A stretch of DNA of 64,000 bases from Rebecca billardiae RCC1528 (lineage: Eukaryota; Protista; Haptophyta): assembly GCA_965240325.2 (NCBI GenBank), contig OZ251222.1, forward strand, positions 2,170,001 to 2,234,000, in the 5' to 3' direction. Made by a program: the position numbers and the translations under genes. The notes below the pieces were generated by a model. It searched no databases and had not been told where the DNA came from. It was given only the letters and a program-made list of their open reading frames with translations. This document shows positions 1 to 11,623 of this stretch, in pieces. Each line of letters starts with the position of its first letter. The stretch's first letter is position 1.

Positions 1-98
1 AGCTGCGACCGGCCCTGAGAACGATTATAGCAGACGATGCAAACTAGATCATCGCCATCGGCCATCGTAAATCGTTCTCAAAGCAGACTCAACAAGCG

Positions 99-1241
99 AT
101 GGCGCCCGGCGGCCCGCCCGACGCATCAGCCCGGGTGCATGTCCTCTACGTGGAGCGCGCCGAAGACCAGCGTGGACCAAGCGGCGCTCGCTCGGCTGGC
201 GTGCACCTCGGTGTCCCTGGCCGAGGCCCGTGCATCTGCGACGCGTGCGAAGGGGTCGCCGAAGTGTGGCGCGGCCGGCTCGACAATCTGCAGACGACGC
301 TGCGGATGTGCTGCGCGGAGGGCTCACTCTTCCGGCCTGAAGTGATGCAATTCGCGTGCGCGTCGCCGCGCGCGGGTCTTTTGTATGACATCCCTCGGCT
401 CGCGACGTGGATGAGCGCGCGCGGCTCGAAGAGGCCGACGGAGGCCCTGGTGATCGGGAGCGCGCTGCGTGTGGCGCGAGGTGAGCTCGAGCCGGGCGCG
501 TGCGGGATCTCGCACTCGCCGTTCGAGGCGTCGGACGACGGCGAGAGCGAGGGGATGTGGGCGTGGATCGCCCAGTTCGCGGCGGGCGTGCGCGCTCGCG
601 CGCGCGAGTCCGGCGGCGTGGCCGTCTCCCTCGTGCTCGACAAGAAGGGCGAGGTGCTCGCGCCCTCGCACACCGCGGGCGTGCTCTCGGGCGCGCTCGC
701 TGCGAGGAGCGCGCCAATGCCCACCGACCTCGTACTGGTGATCGGCGGGCCCTCGGGCGTGCCACGCGCCTGGAGCGAGCGGCTGGCGTCCGCGCTGGGC
801 AAGCCGCTCCTCGCCGTGGCGCTGCGCGGCGGGCTGCAGCACTCGTATGCAGCGCTGCTCGACATGCTGCTCATGCACGAGCGCGGCGAGCTCCTGCCCC
901 TCGTGCGCGACCGGCTTGCGTGCCCGGCCGAGCGGCGCAAGCGGTGGCGCCAAGCCGAGCATGAGCTGCGGCGCGCGTGGCTGGCGTGCCTGACGGGCGG
1001 CGAGGCGCACGCGCGGGAGGGCGATGCGCTCGATGCGGCGATCCGCTCGCACGAGGCGTGCATCGAAGCGCTCAAGCGACTCGCGCCCGCGGGGGCGGGG
1101 CGGGGACAAGCAGCGTCGGTGCCAGCTGTGGCCGAACGCGGGGCGAGCGTCAGCGGGTCGGCCTCCGCCCCGCGCCAGAAACGGCGCCGCGGCGATGGCA
1201 ACGACGGCAAACGTCAGCGCCGCCGCCCCGCGGCGACCTGA
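99..1241 (+). CDS. SPOUT-family methyltransferase, TrmY/DUF358-like
   Basis: Single-exon 380-aa ORF with ordered motifs GRLD, RPTE..AL, GI..PFE, VLDKKGE, LVIGGPSG, VALRGGLQHS matching the SPOUT knot layout of TrmY; basic NLS-like C-tail (KRRR, KRQRRR). Confidence 0.55.
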   Translation: MAPGGPPDASARVHVLYVERAEDQRGPSGARSAGVHLGVPGRGPCICDACEGVAEVWRGRLDNLQTTLRMCCAEGSLFRPEVMQFACASPRAGLLYDIPRLATWMSARGSKRPTEALVIGSALRVARGELEPGACGISHSPFEASDDGESEGMWAWIAQFAAGVRARARESGGVAVSLVLDKKGEVLAPSHTAGVLSGALAARSAPMPTDLVLVIGGPSGVPRAWSERLASALGKPLLAVALRGGLQHSYAALLDMLLMHERGELLPLVRDRLACPAERRKRWRQAEHELRRAWLACLTGGEAHAREGDALDAAIRSHEACIEALKRLAPAGAGRGQAASVPAVAERGASVSGSASAPRQKRRRGDGNDGKRQRRRPAAT

Positions 1242-1597
1242 CTGATGATGGGGGCCCCACGACTGCCAATTCGCCATGCATCGCACGGGCGCCGCCGACC
1301 GAGAGGACTGAGGACGGGAGGTTGCGCGTTACTAAGACGACTGAAGACTCGTCCGAGGAGGCGATCGGCGGCTCGGGCTCGCCTTTCCGTGGCGTCCGTC
1401 GGTGGACGGGTGGTCCCCGCTCATCGGCTCGGGTAACCGAAGAAAAAACGACCGTCCGCGCCATTCCGACCGTCATCTCACGTTCTCATCATTTCGCGAA
1501 TAAGTAAAAGTTACCCGCATACTACTAGGCCCGTCCCAAATCTGCTCGTGGCGAAGGGGCGGGCGCTGTCGGACGTGCCCGCCGCCGGCGCGTTGCG

Positions 1598-4515
1598 ATG
1601 CGCGCCATGCACCTCGCGCTCACCCTGGCGGTGCTGGCGGTGCTGGCGGTGGCCGGTGCCGATCAGCCGATCGGCCGCTACTCCCATTGCTCGGTCCTTC
1701 TCGGGGACAAGGTGTACACATTTGGAGGTGTGCGGCGAGCGCGGCGCGAGGGCCGCGCCTGTGGGCGCCGAGATGTGCAGGGCGCGCGTGCGCGCCGTGC
1801 GCGCCGAGTTCGCGCGTTCTCTCAACCTGATTCCGCCCGTACCTTTGGACCCTGCCTGCCGTGCGCGGCGCAGGCCGTGGCTTTGCCGAGGAGGACTCCA
1901 AGCGCACGCTCATCCTCTTTGAGTGCGCGCTCGCCCATGCGAGTACCGCCGCGGCGGCGCGAGTGCGTACGGGCCAGAGCCCACGTTCCCGGATGGGCTC
2001 CCCCAGGCCGTGCGTGCTCACCGCTCGCCCCTCCCCATCGATCACGCCCGTCCGCGCAGCGACGTGTGGATGTTCGACACGGTCACCGCCGAGTGGTCCG
2101 CGGTCGAGATCGAGGGCGAGATTGCGGGCGGGACGGGGCCGGGCCCGCGGTCGTCGCACTCGTGCGCGAAGGTGGGCGCGAGCGAGTTCTACATGTTCGG
2201 CGGCATGTCCGCGGACGACACGCGGCAGCAGCTCAAAGACGACCTCTGGCGCTTCCGGTTGACCACGCCGACGGCGGGCTGGTGGGAGGAGGTCGCGACC
2301 GGCGGCTTTGCGTGGGACAGCATCAGCGAGGGCGTCGCACGCCCGGGCATGCGCTCGGACCACACGCTCGTCGCCGCGCCGGACCAGGAGGAGCTGTACC
2401 TGCTCGGCGGATGCAACACGCGCGTGGCTCGGCCGCTCGCCTGGCGGCTCAACCTCAACGCCGACAAGTGGGAGCCGCTGCCGATGGGCTCCTCGCCCGG
2501 CGTGGTCGACGCGTCGGCCGGCGCGGAAGACCCAGATGCCGCGCAGCACGAGCGCACGACCTATTTGCTCGACTCCGCGCGGCTGGGGCTGCGGGCGCCG
2601 TCCAGCCGGTGCGCGCACACCGCGTCGCTGTACGACGGGGACATCCTCGTCTTCGGCGGCCGCGTCTCCGTCACCGTGAGCGGCGACGGCTCGAGCGACG
2701 AGATGTGGTCTTCGCTCGGCGACATGTGGCGGCTCAGAACGGCCAGCTCTGGCGGCTTCAAGGTGGAAGCGGAGCTGGCCAACCGCACGGCGGAGAGCGA
2801 GGAGCTGCCCGAGCTGTGGTCCACCGTGGAGGACATCGACGGCCTGGACGAGAACGAGGAGGGCCTGCTCCTCAACCGCTCGGACCACGCGGCCCTCGTG
2901 CACGACGGCACGCTGTATGTGTTTGGTGCGCGCGCAGCGCACGGCGCCCGGCCGCGCGCGCCAGCCGAGGGGCGCGCCGCGCCGCGCCGTGCGGCGCAGT
3001 GCGAGACGCTTGGGCGCACCGCCTGGGTCGGGGGCGCGCGGGCGTGGGGGTGCGCGCGTTCTCACACGCGCGCGTGCATCGCGGCCGCGCAGGCGGGCTG
3101 TACACCGACCTCGACCAGAAGACGGTGTACATCATGAAGGACTTGCTCTCCACCAACCTCGCCTCCAAGCGCAAGTGGTCGCGGCTCGCGTGGGGCCCGA
3201 CGTGGCGCTTCGGGCACACGATGGTGGACGACCCGGCGCACAACCGGCTGCTGCTGTACGGAGGTGCGCGCGCGCCAAGCGCACTTGGCGCGCGCGCGAC
3301 CGCGAGCCGCCCCCCGGCCCCGCGCGACGCCGCGCCGCGCTCGCCCCCGTTCGCTCGGCTGGTCGCTCACTGGGTGGATGAGCGGCGCGCGCTCGCGCGT
3401 GCACTGCGCCGCTCTCTGCGCGCGCAGGCGCCGGCGGCATGGACGTCTTCGACGACATCTGGGCGTACGACTACGCGGCGGACGAGTGGGAGGAGCTCAA
3501 GCCCGACGAGCTCGGCGTCGAGTACCCCTCGCTGCTCATGTCCGTCCTGATGGGCGGCGCCGGCTTCCTGATGTGCATGTGCGTGATGGTGTCCCTGCTC
3601 TTCCTGCGCACCAGCCAGCGCTTCTCGTGGAACCGGCGGCACGGCCAGCTGCCGCCGACGCCGGTGGCGGCGCAGGCGACGCGCGGCGCGCCGCAGGAGG
3701 TGATCGACGCGCTGCCCGTGCTCAAGTGGGATGTCATCCGCTCCGAGATGGACGCCAGCGCGCCCGCGGCCGCGCCGACCGCGCCGGCAGCCGCCGCCGC
3801 GCCCGAGCGCGCGTCGACCGGCGCCAAGGCGCCGCTCACCTCGGCACCGGCGGCGACGGCGACGGCGCCCTCGACGAGCGGCGCGCCGGCCGCCGCGCCT
3901 GCCGACGCGACGTCGGTCGCCTCCACGCCGATGGACGCGGACGAGCGCTCGCTCGACGCCAACTACTCGTGCGTCGTCTGCCTGTGCGAGTTTGAGGAGG
4001 CGGACGACGTCGTGCGGCTGCCGTGCCGGCACATCTTCCACAAGGAGTGCATCCACAAGTGGCTGCACCAGGAGGGGAGCTGCCCGCAGTGCCGCTTCAA
4101 GCTCGGCGGCGGCGCGGACGACAAGGCCGACGCGCCCTCACCCGCGGAGGCAGAGCAGGCCGCGCGCGTCGACGCGGTGCGTGTTGAGCTCGCCGTGCTC
4201 GAGGCGGTCGACGCGGCGCGCGGGCGCGGCGCGGCCGGCGCGCGCGGCGCGGCCGGCGCGCGCGGCGCAGCTGGGCAGCGCGCAGCGGCGGAGGAGCGCG
4301 GCGCGGCCGATGGCGATGCGCCGCGGCCGCGCCCAACGGACGAGGAGGCCGGGCCGCCTCCGCCTGGGGACGCCGAAGACAGCGCAGACACTGCCACGGA
4401 CGCGCACGCCGGCGGCAGGCAGCCTGAGCGACGGCAAGCCGGCGTTGCAGTGCCAGGGCCTCGGGGATTCATGCCCAGGCTCTTCGACACGATGTCGACG
4501 CGCCGACGAGAATGA
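1598..4515 (+). CDS. Signal peptide-Kelch repeat-TM-RING-H2 protein (putative membrane E3 ligase), 5 exons
   Basis: Hydrophobic N-terminus; Kelch blades (RYSHCS..VYTFGG, PRSSHSC..YMFGG, RSDHTL..YLLGG, RCAHTA..LVFGG, RSDHAA..YVFGG, RFGHTM..LLYGG); TM LLMSVLMGG..VSLLFL; RING-H2 CVVC..CRHIFH..C..W..CPQC. Introns 1728-1873, 1923-2059, 2926-3092, 3264-3427 restore the frame. Confidence 0.85.
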
Positions 4516-4630
4516 CGACGCGACGGGGAGATATTTCGCACTGCTAAGACGATATAGCGCCAGGCTACTGAGCTAGGCTAGATAGGTATATAGGAGGCAG
4601 ACCACGGGCTGATGCGGGACGACGGACTAG

Positions 4631-6028
4631 TTACCAGCTTGCAAAGCCCCCGTCGCCGATGGCAGGCGGCAGGAGCTGCGCGAATGCGCTCGTCTCGTCA
4701 CCGGCGGTCATGGCACTGCGCTTGCGCGCTGCGTCGTCGTGCGGACGCTCGCGCAGAATCTCCACGCTGACGATGCCACTCGTCGATTGAGGGTCGTCGG
4801 TTGCGAGGGGCGGGGCCACCTGCTGTGCATGCTCGGGATCGGGCGCAGGAGTGGAGGCAGCCACCCCGCCATCACGCGCCCGCTTGGACGCCTTGCGCAG
4901 CTTCCCCGATTTGATGGCCTGCGGCTGCGGCTCAGCCGGGGGTGCAACGGCGACACTGGACTTGTCTGCCGAGGGCGCGCCCGCGTCCTGCTCACGGGCA
5001 GCTTCTTCGCGGCGCTCGCGCTTGCGTGTGCCGCTCTTGGGCTGCAGTGCATCGGCCGTCGGCGCGCGGCTTGACTCGGCACCCCGAGCCCGGGAGGCCG
5101 CCCCGCCCGGCCGCTCTGGAGCTGCCGGCTTGCGCACAGCTCGGGCGGCTGCGCCCGGCACGGCGGGGTCCTCGTCGCCCTGCGGCTTGCTCTCCTCGTC
5201 GAAGCGGATCTTCCGGTTCGCTGGCTCCCCGCTGCGCCCGCCGAGCGCGGCCATCTTGCTGCTGTCCAGGACACGCACGCGCGGCAGCAGCCGGCGCACG
5301 CGCTCCTGGTACGCGTCGTGCCCGCCATCGCACAGCGGGTTTGCGCGCAGCGTGAGGTTGCGTAGGCGCTCGAGCTCGCGCAGCGGCTCCAGCTGCTCGA
5401 AGGTGCGCAGCTGGTTGCCACCCAGATCGACCATCGTCAGCCGCGCGCACGCGGACAGGCTCGACGGCAGGGACGCGATCCTGTTGTCATTCAGTCTCAG
5501 CTCGACGAGCGTCGGTGGCAGCGCCGGCACGGTGCGCAGCGCGTTGTGCGAGAGCGAGAGCTTGCGCAGCTGCGCGAGCTTCTCAGCGCCCGCCACCTCG
5601 GTGATCTGGTTGCGCGAGGCGACCACGGTCGTGAGCTGCTCGAGCTGCTTGAGCAGGTGCAGATCGAGCCTCTTGAGCGCGTTGTCCGAGGCGATCAGCG
5701 CCTTCAGGTTGCGGCACGGGCGGAGGACCGTGCCGAGCGTGCCGATCCGGTTGTAGCTGACATTGAGCACGGCAAGCTTGGGCAGTCCGCGCAGCCCGTC
5801 GAGGGCGCGCAGCTGGTTGTGCTGAGCTGAGATCGTCTGCAGCTCGTGCAGCTCCTCGATGCCCTCGAGGCTTTCGAGCACGTTGTTGTCGAGCGAGAGC
5901 TTGTGCAGCCCGTGGCAGCAGGCCAGCTCGGACGCGTCGCTCACGCCCCGCCCACTCAGGTCGAGCTCCTCGATCTCCGCTGGCGGCCGCCCGGCGATCT
6001 CCGCGAGCTGCGCGGGGGTGGGCTGCAT
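4631..6028 (-). CDS. Leucine-rich repeat protein (SDS22-like repeats, LRRcap, low-complexity basic tail)
   Basis: About 9 LxxLxLxxN repeats, cap NPLC..YQERVRRLLPRVRVLD, RVxF-like KIRF; ATG at 6028. Confidence 0.85.
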   Translation of the reverse strand: MQPTPAQLAEIAGRPPAEIEELDLSGRGVSDASELACCHGLHKLSLDNNVLESLEGIEELHELQTISAQHNQLRALDGLRGLPKLAVLNVSYNRIGTLGTVLRPCRNLKALIASDNALKRLDLHLLKQLEQLTTVVASRNQITEVAGAEKLAQLRKLSLSHNALRTVPALPPTLVELRLNDNRIASLPSSLSACARLTMVDLGGNQLRTFEQLEPLRELERLRNLTLRANPLCDGGHDAYQERVRRLLPRVRVLDSSKMAALGGRSGEPANRKIRFDEESKPQGDEDPAVPGAAARAVRKPAAPERPGGAASRARGAESSRAPTADALQPKSGTRKRERREEAAREQDAGAPSADKSSVAVAPPAEPQPQAIKSGKLRKASKRARDGGVAASTPAPDPEHAQQVAPPLATDDPQSTSGIVSVEILRERPHDDAARKRSAMTAGDETSAFAQLLPPAIGDGGFASW

Positions 6029-6292
6029 CCTGGGAGCCGGTGGGCTGTCCACGCGGCAGGCCGGGACCGGTGACGGGGTTCCTCACGTCCGCGGCCTCGC
6101 TCCCAGTCTCCAGTCGTCGGGACCTCCCGGACCACGGCCAGATGAAATCACGACGATGAATCCAGCAGCTCGATGCCTCGACATTTTATTTTTTCCTCTG
6201 CGCAGAACGAACTCATTCCTCATCCCGCGGGAACAGCGCGCCGAGCATCACACTCCGAGTCACCTCCGAGCGGCAGGTGCCAAGCTCATGGC

Positions 6293-7114
6293 TCAAGCTC
6301 GCTTCCCCGACGGAGCTGTCACAGCCGACTGTCGGAACAGCGCGCGCCGGTAGAAGCGCAGCTCTTCGATCGACTCAAGGATGTCCGCCTTGGCGCGATG
6401 TCCTCCGCGCTTGCGTGGCGCTCGTCGCAGCGCACTTGGGTACCACCGGTGTGCCAGCTCGTTGATTGTGGAGACGTCTACGAGCCGCCAGCTGACGTGC
6501 TCCATCAGCGATGGCATGTACCTCTCCAGGAACTCCTTGTCCTTGTACACCGCATTGCCCGCCAGGTTGACGCACTGTGCGATGGTGTGCTGCTGCACAA
6601 ACCGGAGAAGCTGCTCCTCTGCCATCGCGAGGGTCGTCGTCGACTCGCGTACGCGCGTCGTGAGCCCAGACGCGCCATGGTGCTCCTTGCACCACTCGTT
6701 CATCCCCTCGATCACCGATTCGGGCTGCGAGACCACGATCTCCGGCCCCTCGATCATGCGCCCCAGCTGGCCGTCTGTGAGCACAGCTGCCACCTCCAGG
6801 ATGTGATCGGTGGTGGCGTCGAGCCCAGTCATCTCCAGGTCGATCCAGAGAAGCGCGCCCGACCCGAGCTTCTTCGGCGCTGGCCCATGACGCTCTGGCG
6901 CGGGTGCGTCGGCAGCCGGCTGGGGCCGCTCATCCCCCTCGTGGCAGCTGTTGCGGCTGCTGCCGCGCGCACCTGCGGGCGCGCACTCTGACGCAGCCAA
7001 CTCGGCGGAAGCGGCCTTCGCGGATGCGGCCTTGGCCGCGCGCGATGTGTACAAGATGGTCTCTCCCGTCTCCTCCTCGTCGTCGTCGAGGCTCAGGGCC
7101 GAGAAGCGCGACAT
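6293..7114 (-). CDS. REXO2: Oligoribonuclease (DEDDh exonuclease)
   Basis: WIDLEMTGLD, WCKEHHGASGL, LAGNAV..DKEFL, LVDVSTI.EL..RW, HRAKADILESIEELRFYR; ATG at 7114. Confidence 0.95.
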   Translation of the reverse strand: MSRFSALSLDDDEEETGETILYTSRAAKAASAKAASAELAASECAPAGARGSSRNSCHEGDERPQPAADAPAPERHGPAPKKLGSGALLWIDLEMTGLDATTDHILEVAAVLTDGQLGRMIEGPEIVVSQPESVIEGMNEWCKEHHGASGLTTRVRESTTTLAMAEEQLLRFVQQHTIAQCVNLAGNAVYKDKEFLERYMPSLMEHVSWRLVDVSTINELAHRWYPSALRRAPRKRGGHRAKADILESIEELRFYRRALFRQSAVTAPSGKRA

Positions 7115-7234
7115 CGCGATGACGTGCCGACAAGGCCGACGACGGGCGACCGGTCGCCACCTGCGCGTGCAACCAGCAACCTCGCTCCCTGCGAATTTGC
7201 CGCTATGGTACGGTACCGGCCGGGCGGGCGCAAG

Positions 7235-8962
7235 ATGGCGGCGGTCGGCGATGGTCGTCATCATCTCATCGCGCTCTCCCTACTGACCACGGGGGCAGCG
7301 GGCCTGCGGCTGCCGCGCGTGCTCTCGCACAACGCAGTCTTACCGCGCGCTCCGACCGTGCCTCTGCTGTGGGGCCACGCGGGCTCGCCCGGCGAGCGGG
7401 TCAGCGGGTTGCTGCTCGACGCTGATCGGAAAACGGTCGATTCTGCCAGCGCCGTCGTCGATGCGGATGGATCTTGGGCCGTCGCCATGTCGCCCCAGCC
7501 GCCATCGCTCGGGGCGCACACGCTGCGCGTCACTGCGCCATCTGACCCCGACGGCGTCACCCTTGAGAAGATCAGCTTTGGCGATGTGTGGCTCTGCTCT
7601 GGCCAGAGCAACATGGAGTTTCAAGTGCAGATGGCGTTCAACGCGAGCGCGGAGGTCGCGGCGGCGCAGCGGCAGGTGCGAGGGGTGCGCCTCTTCCATG
7701 TCGACCATGCCACTGCCGACGAGCCGCAGCCCGACGTGCCGTCGGCCGGCTGGCTCAGCCCGCACGATGCCGGCGCGCTCAAGTTCTTCTCGGCGGTGTG
7801 CTACATGACCGCGCGGCGGCTTTGGGCCGCGCTCGGCGGTCAGGTTCCCATTGGCCTCGTGGAGGCGGCGTACGGCGGGCAGCGGATCGAGACGTTCTCG
7901 TCGCCCGCGGCGCTCAACGATCGCTCGTGCGGAGGCACACGCGAGCCCGGCTCCGTCCAGCCGCTCCTCGCGCTCGATGCGGCGGAGCGCGCCGCCGTGC
8001 CGTCCGAGCCAGCCGTGCGCGCCGCCCTCGACAGTCCTGCGGGCGCCGCGCCAAATGGCGTGCTGGGCGCCGCGCGCCCGGCGAGCTCGCAGCTCTGGTT
8101 CGGCATGGTGCAACCTCTGCACCGCCTCGGGCTCGCTGGCGTCCTCTGGTATCAGGGGGAGGCCAACGCCGCCCAGCCCGAAGAATACGCGTGCAGGTTC
8201 CCTGCCATGATCGCGGATTGGCGTCGCGAGCTGCGGCACGCGCCGCCGCGCGCCAATGATGTCGCCAGCATGGCGTTTGTGTTTGTGCAGCTCGCCGCGT
8301 TCAAGCGCCTCGACTTCACGGCGCTGCGCGTCGCGCAGCTCGCTGCGCTCAGGCTCCCGGCGACTGGGTACGCCACGGCCATCGACCTCGGCGACGAGCG
8401 CTCGCCGTGGGGCCCCATCCATCCGCGCAGGAAGGAGGAGGTGGGCCGCCGGCTCGCGGCCGTGGCGCTACTGCTCGCGTACGGCCGGCGCGACGTGCCT
8501 GCGTCCGGCCCGGTGTGGGGTCGCGCCTCGCGCTTCCCGAAGCAGGACCAGTTCCTCCTTCACTTCGAGGCTGCGACCGCGAGCGGCCTCCACGCAGCCG
8601 GCACGCCTGGCTGTGACGCGTGCTGCAAGCACAGCCCGTTCGAGGCGCTGGTCGCAGGGGAGGCGTGGAAGCGCGTGCCGTTCAAGCTGGACGCTCCGAA
8701 CGGCACGGCGATCGTGCGCGGCGCGCGCGGCGCGCAAGCGCTGCGCTACGCCTACGAGGCCTACCCGCAGTGCGTGATTTACAACGGCGTGGGCGGCGCT
8801 GACAGCCATGCCGCGTTCGCCTCGAGCCCGTTCCGCATCGACTTCACTCGTGCTGACGATGCTGCGGCAGCATCATCATCATCATCGTCAGCATCAGCGC
8901 AACAGCAGTACGTATCGTCGGCCCGGCGGTATCGTAATCGACTAATCGTGTCGTCAGGATGA
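7235..8962 (+). CDS. SIAE: Sialate O-acetylesterase family (SGNH) secreted esterase
   Basis: Signal peptide; FGDVWLCSGQSNM, FSAVCY, PIGLV, WYQGEAN, FVQLA, DLGD..IHPRRKEEVGRRLA. Confidence 0.9.
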   Translation: MAAVGDGRHHLIALSLLTTGAAGLRLPRVLSHNAVLPRAPTVPLLWGHAGSPGERVSGLLLDADRKTVDSASAVVDADGSWAVAMSPQPPSLGAHTLRVTAPSDPDGVTLEKISFGDVWLCSGQSNMEFQVQMAFNASAEVAAAQRQVRGVRLFHVDHATADEPQPDVPSAGWLSPHDAGALKFFSAVCYMTARRLWAALGGQVPIGLVEAAYGGQRIETFSSPAALNDRSCGGTREPGSVQPLLALDAAERAAVPSEPAVRAALDSPAGAAPNGVLGAARPASSQLWFGMVQPLHRLGLAGVLWYQGEANAAQPEEYACRFPAMIADWRRELRHAPPRANDVASMAFVFVQLAAFKRLDFTALRVAQLAALRLPATGYATAIDLGDERSPWGPIHPRRKEEVGRRLAAVALLLAYGRRDVPASGPVWGRASRFPKQDQFLLHFEAATASGLHAAGTPGCDACCKHSPFEALVAGEAWKRVPFKLDAPNGTAIVRGARGAQALRYAYEAYPQCVIYNGVGGADSHAAFASSPFRIDFTRADDAAAASSSSSSASAQQQYVSSARRYRNRLIVSSG

Positions 8963-9894
8963 GACATGATCAGAGCTGGGGGCCGCCCGAGCAGTGCAGG
9001 CTGCATTATTGTATAGCGGGCATCACGTGTGACGCGGCTGCGGGGCGTCGTTGCACATCATGACATCAGAAGCATCATCAGTCGGCGTCATTGTCACGCG
9101 CATATATGTCGCCGATCCTCGTCATGACGATCTGCGTTCGACCGCCCAGCTGGGCCCAACCTCCACCGTGGACGCCTACTTGCGTGGAGCTGCGCGACGC
9201 CCACGCACCGCGTGCGCAAGGACACAGCTCGCGAGCGCGAGAAGCGGCGGAGCGAGACCGTCGGCGAGCGCTTCGGAAGGCCCACGCGCACGGTTTGCCC
9301 GCCCGACGTGCGCGGGCGTCGCGGCACGGGGGAGGTTGGGCCCCCGCCGCTCGAGCCCCCGCCGGCGTCGGGTCAGGTAGCTTGGTGCGTGTGCGGGTGC
9401 CTGGCGAACTTGCGGGCCGCGGACCGACCGAGCAAATCAGAGTATATATCAGTCCGCAGACTCAAGCTGCCCACGCCGTGGCGGAGAGATGGCGTGAGCG
9501 GGAGTCTGAGCTGCTTCATGAGCCGCGGGTGTCCCCAACGAGACAGCGCATCTCGCGCGAATAACGCCCCGGTGACAAGGCGCGGGTTGGGTGGCAAGTT
9601 GGGTTGTGGGCACCATCGTCGGCCAGGAGACTCGCCGCGATGTGAACACATGTGCACGCCGTACTGTACGTCTCCGAGCAGAGATGGAACGCCCGACCGA
9701 GGGGCCGGCGGCCGGTAGGCCGGCCAACCATTTCGTGTCCCGCATCCAGCCGCCGCCGGAGGACTCCGATGAGGCGTGGACGGATGACAAAAACTCATGC
9801 AACAAAAAGCCCGCCAGATCGTCACATCTCCGTCCGGTTGCTCAGCTCATCATCAGCAGGACCGCCCCGGCCCCTACTATCTCTTGATCATTAT

Positions 9895-11623
9895 CCCGTA
9901 GTCCGGCTTGTCTTCAAAATGTCTTCGGCCGGAGTCGACCGTTGATCACGCCTATATACGGGCCGGGATGGGGTCGGGATGGCCGTTGCGTCCACCGCAG
10001 CTGAGCTGGCGTCAAGGCCACCAGCGGGGTGTGACGGCCATCATGCGATCTGGTCGCTCCAGGGGCCGGCATCAGCAGGAGGTCTTCAGCGTACGCGTCG
10101 ACAGCACTCGGCCGAGACGGGACGACCGGCCGGGGCGACTCGTGGGCGCCTGACAGGGCGCGTCGAGGCGAGCGGCGCGCTCGGAGGCGCAGGCCAGGCT
10201 GCCTACACTCCACTCAAGGGCGTGCCGGCCTTGCAGCTCCGCCCTCTCAGCATCATCACCGGTCGGCTCGCGTGTCACGTGCACGGCGGCGTTCACGGCG
10301 TTGGGAACGCGCGGCCCGTGCGAGCTGACCGAGGCCTGGCCGCGGCGGAGAGGGGCGCGTGTCGCACGACATATCGCAAGAGACCCCACGGCGTGTGTGC
10401 TGCTGCCCGCGCCGCGCCATCGCGCGCCGCAGAGCGTGCGTCGGGCCGTCGTAGCGGCGGTCGCGACATCGTCCAATCTGGGCGCGAACGACGTGGCCAG
10501 GCGACGGTTTGTCGGGGAAAGCAGTTACCTGTTTCGGTAACAGACGACGGCATCTTGGCGCGAAATCCCGCGTTCTGACCGCAGCATGGCGGACGCACAG
10601 CGTGCAGCACGCTACAGAGACAGGCGCTGCGTGCGGCCGCACACGGTCGTGAATGTCACCTCTTGCAGCGGGCGGGCGCGACATTTGTTGTGGTCGTAGT
10701 ACTTCTCGTAGCACTCGGGGCATAGGTGGACGCGGCAGCCGGCGCACGCGCGCCTGGTCTGACGGATGCTCCCGCCAGGGTCAGTCGGGTGGCTGGCCGG
10801 CTTGGACCTCCCCTTGCGCATGGAGGAGTCGCCCGTGATGTCGGCGTGCTTGAAACACTGCACGCAATCACTCAGCTGCGAGAGGAACTTCTCACTGCCT
10901 GGCTCGCGCCGCACAGATGCGGCTTGCACCAACTGGCATCTGCGAGGTCGGGCAGAGACGACCGGCGCACGCGGCTTCCGTCCTGCGCGGAACGCACCCA
11001 CGAGGAAGCATGGCGCGCACGCACGAGTGAGGCATGCGCGCTGACCGGCTTGCGCGGATGCGCGCGCGCCGAGCGCGCGCTGCAGCTCACCCGGCAACTT
11101 TGGCATGAAGTGTGGGATGTCCTCCCCGGTGGCTTCCATGTGCCTGTGCGTGCCGTGCGCAGTGGTCTTACGGCCGAGCGTCGTCTGCCACCTCGTGCTG
11201 TAGTGAACGCCGTCACGCCCAAGCTCCTTGTGCCGCGCGCACACGCACTCGAATACAGCCTTGGCGGCCAGTGCCATCAGCCCCACCAGGTGCCAGAAGA
11301 TAGAGCGCTGCCAGCGCTCGCCGACTCGATTCTGACGCACGTGCATGCCGCTCTGCTCCCTGTCGATCCTGTCGATGACGCCCATGCGCCTCGCGTACAC
11401 GCGCTGGGCGATGAACGAGGAGAAGTAGCGGTACTTGCCCTCTTGTTTGTCCCAGCGCCGTACGCTCACCGGCGCCTTCGACTGGTACGCTGTGTACAGC
11501 AGGGTGAACATCTTCGTGTCGCGCCAGACAGTGGCATACAGCAGCGCCCGGCAGCCGGCGATAGCACAGCTAGCAGTGCGCCGCCAGCCGCGCGCGATGC
11601 ACTCGCTCACGCCGGATAGGAAT
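9895..11623. repeat. Left arm of long inverted repeat
   Basis: Reverse complement of 13671-15399; mirror ORFs have identical translations and coordinates sum to 25294. Confidence 0.95.
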
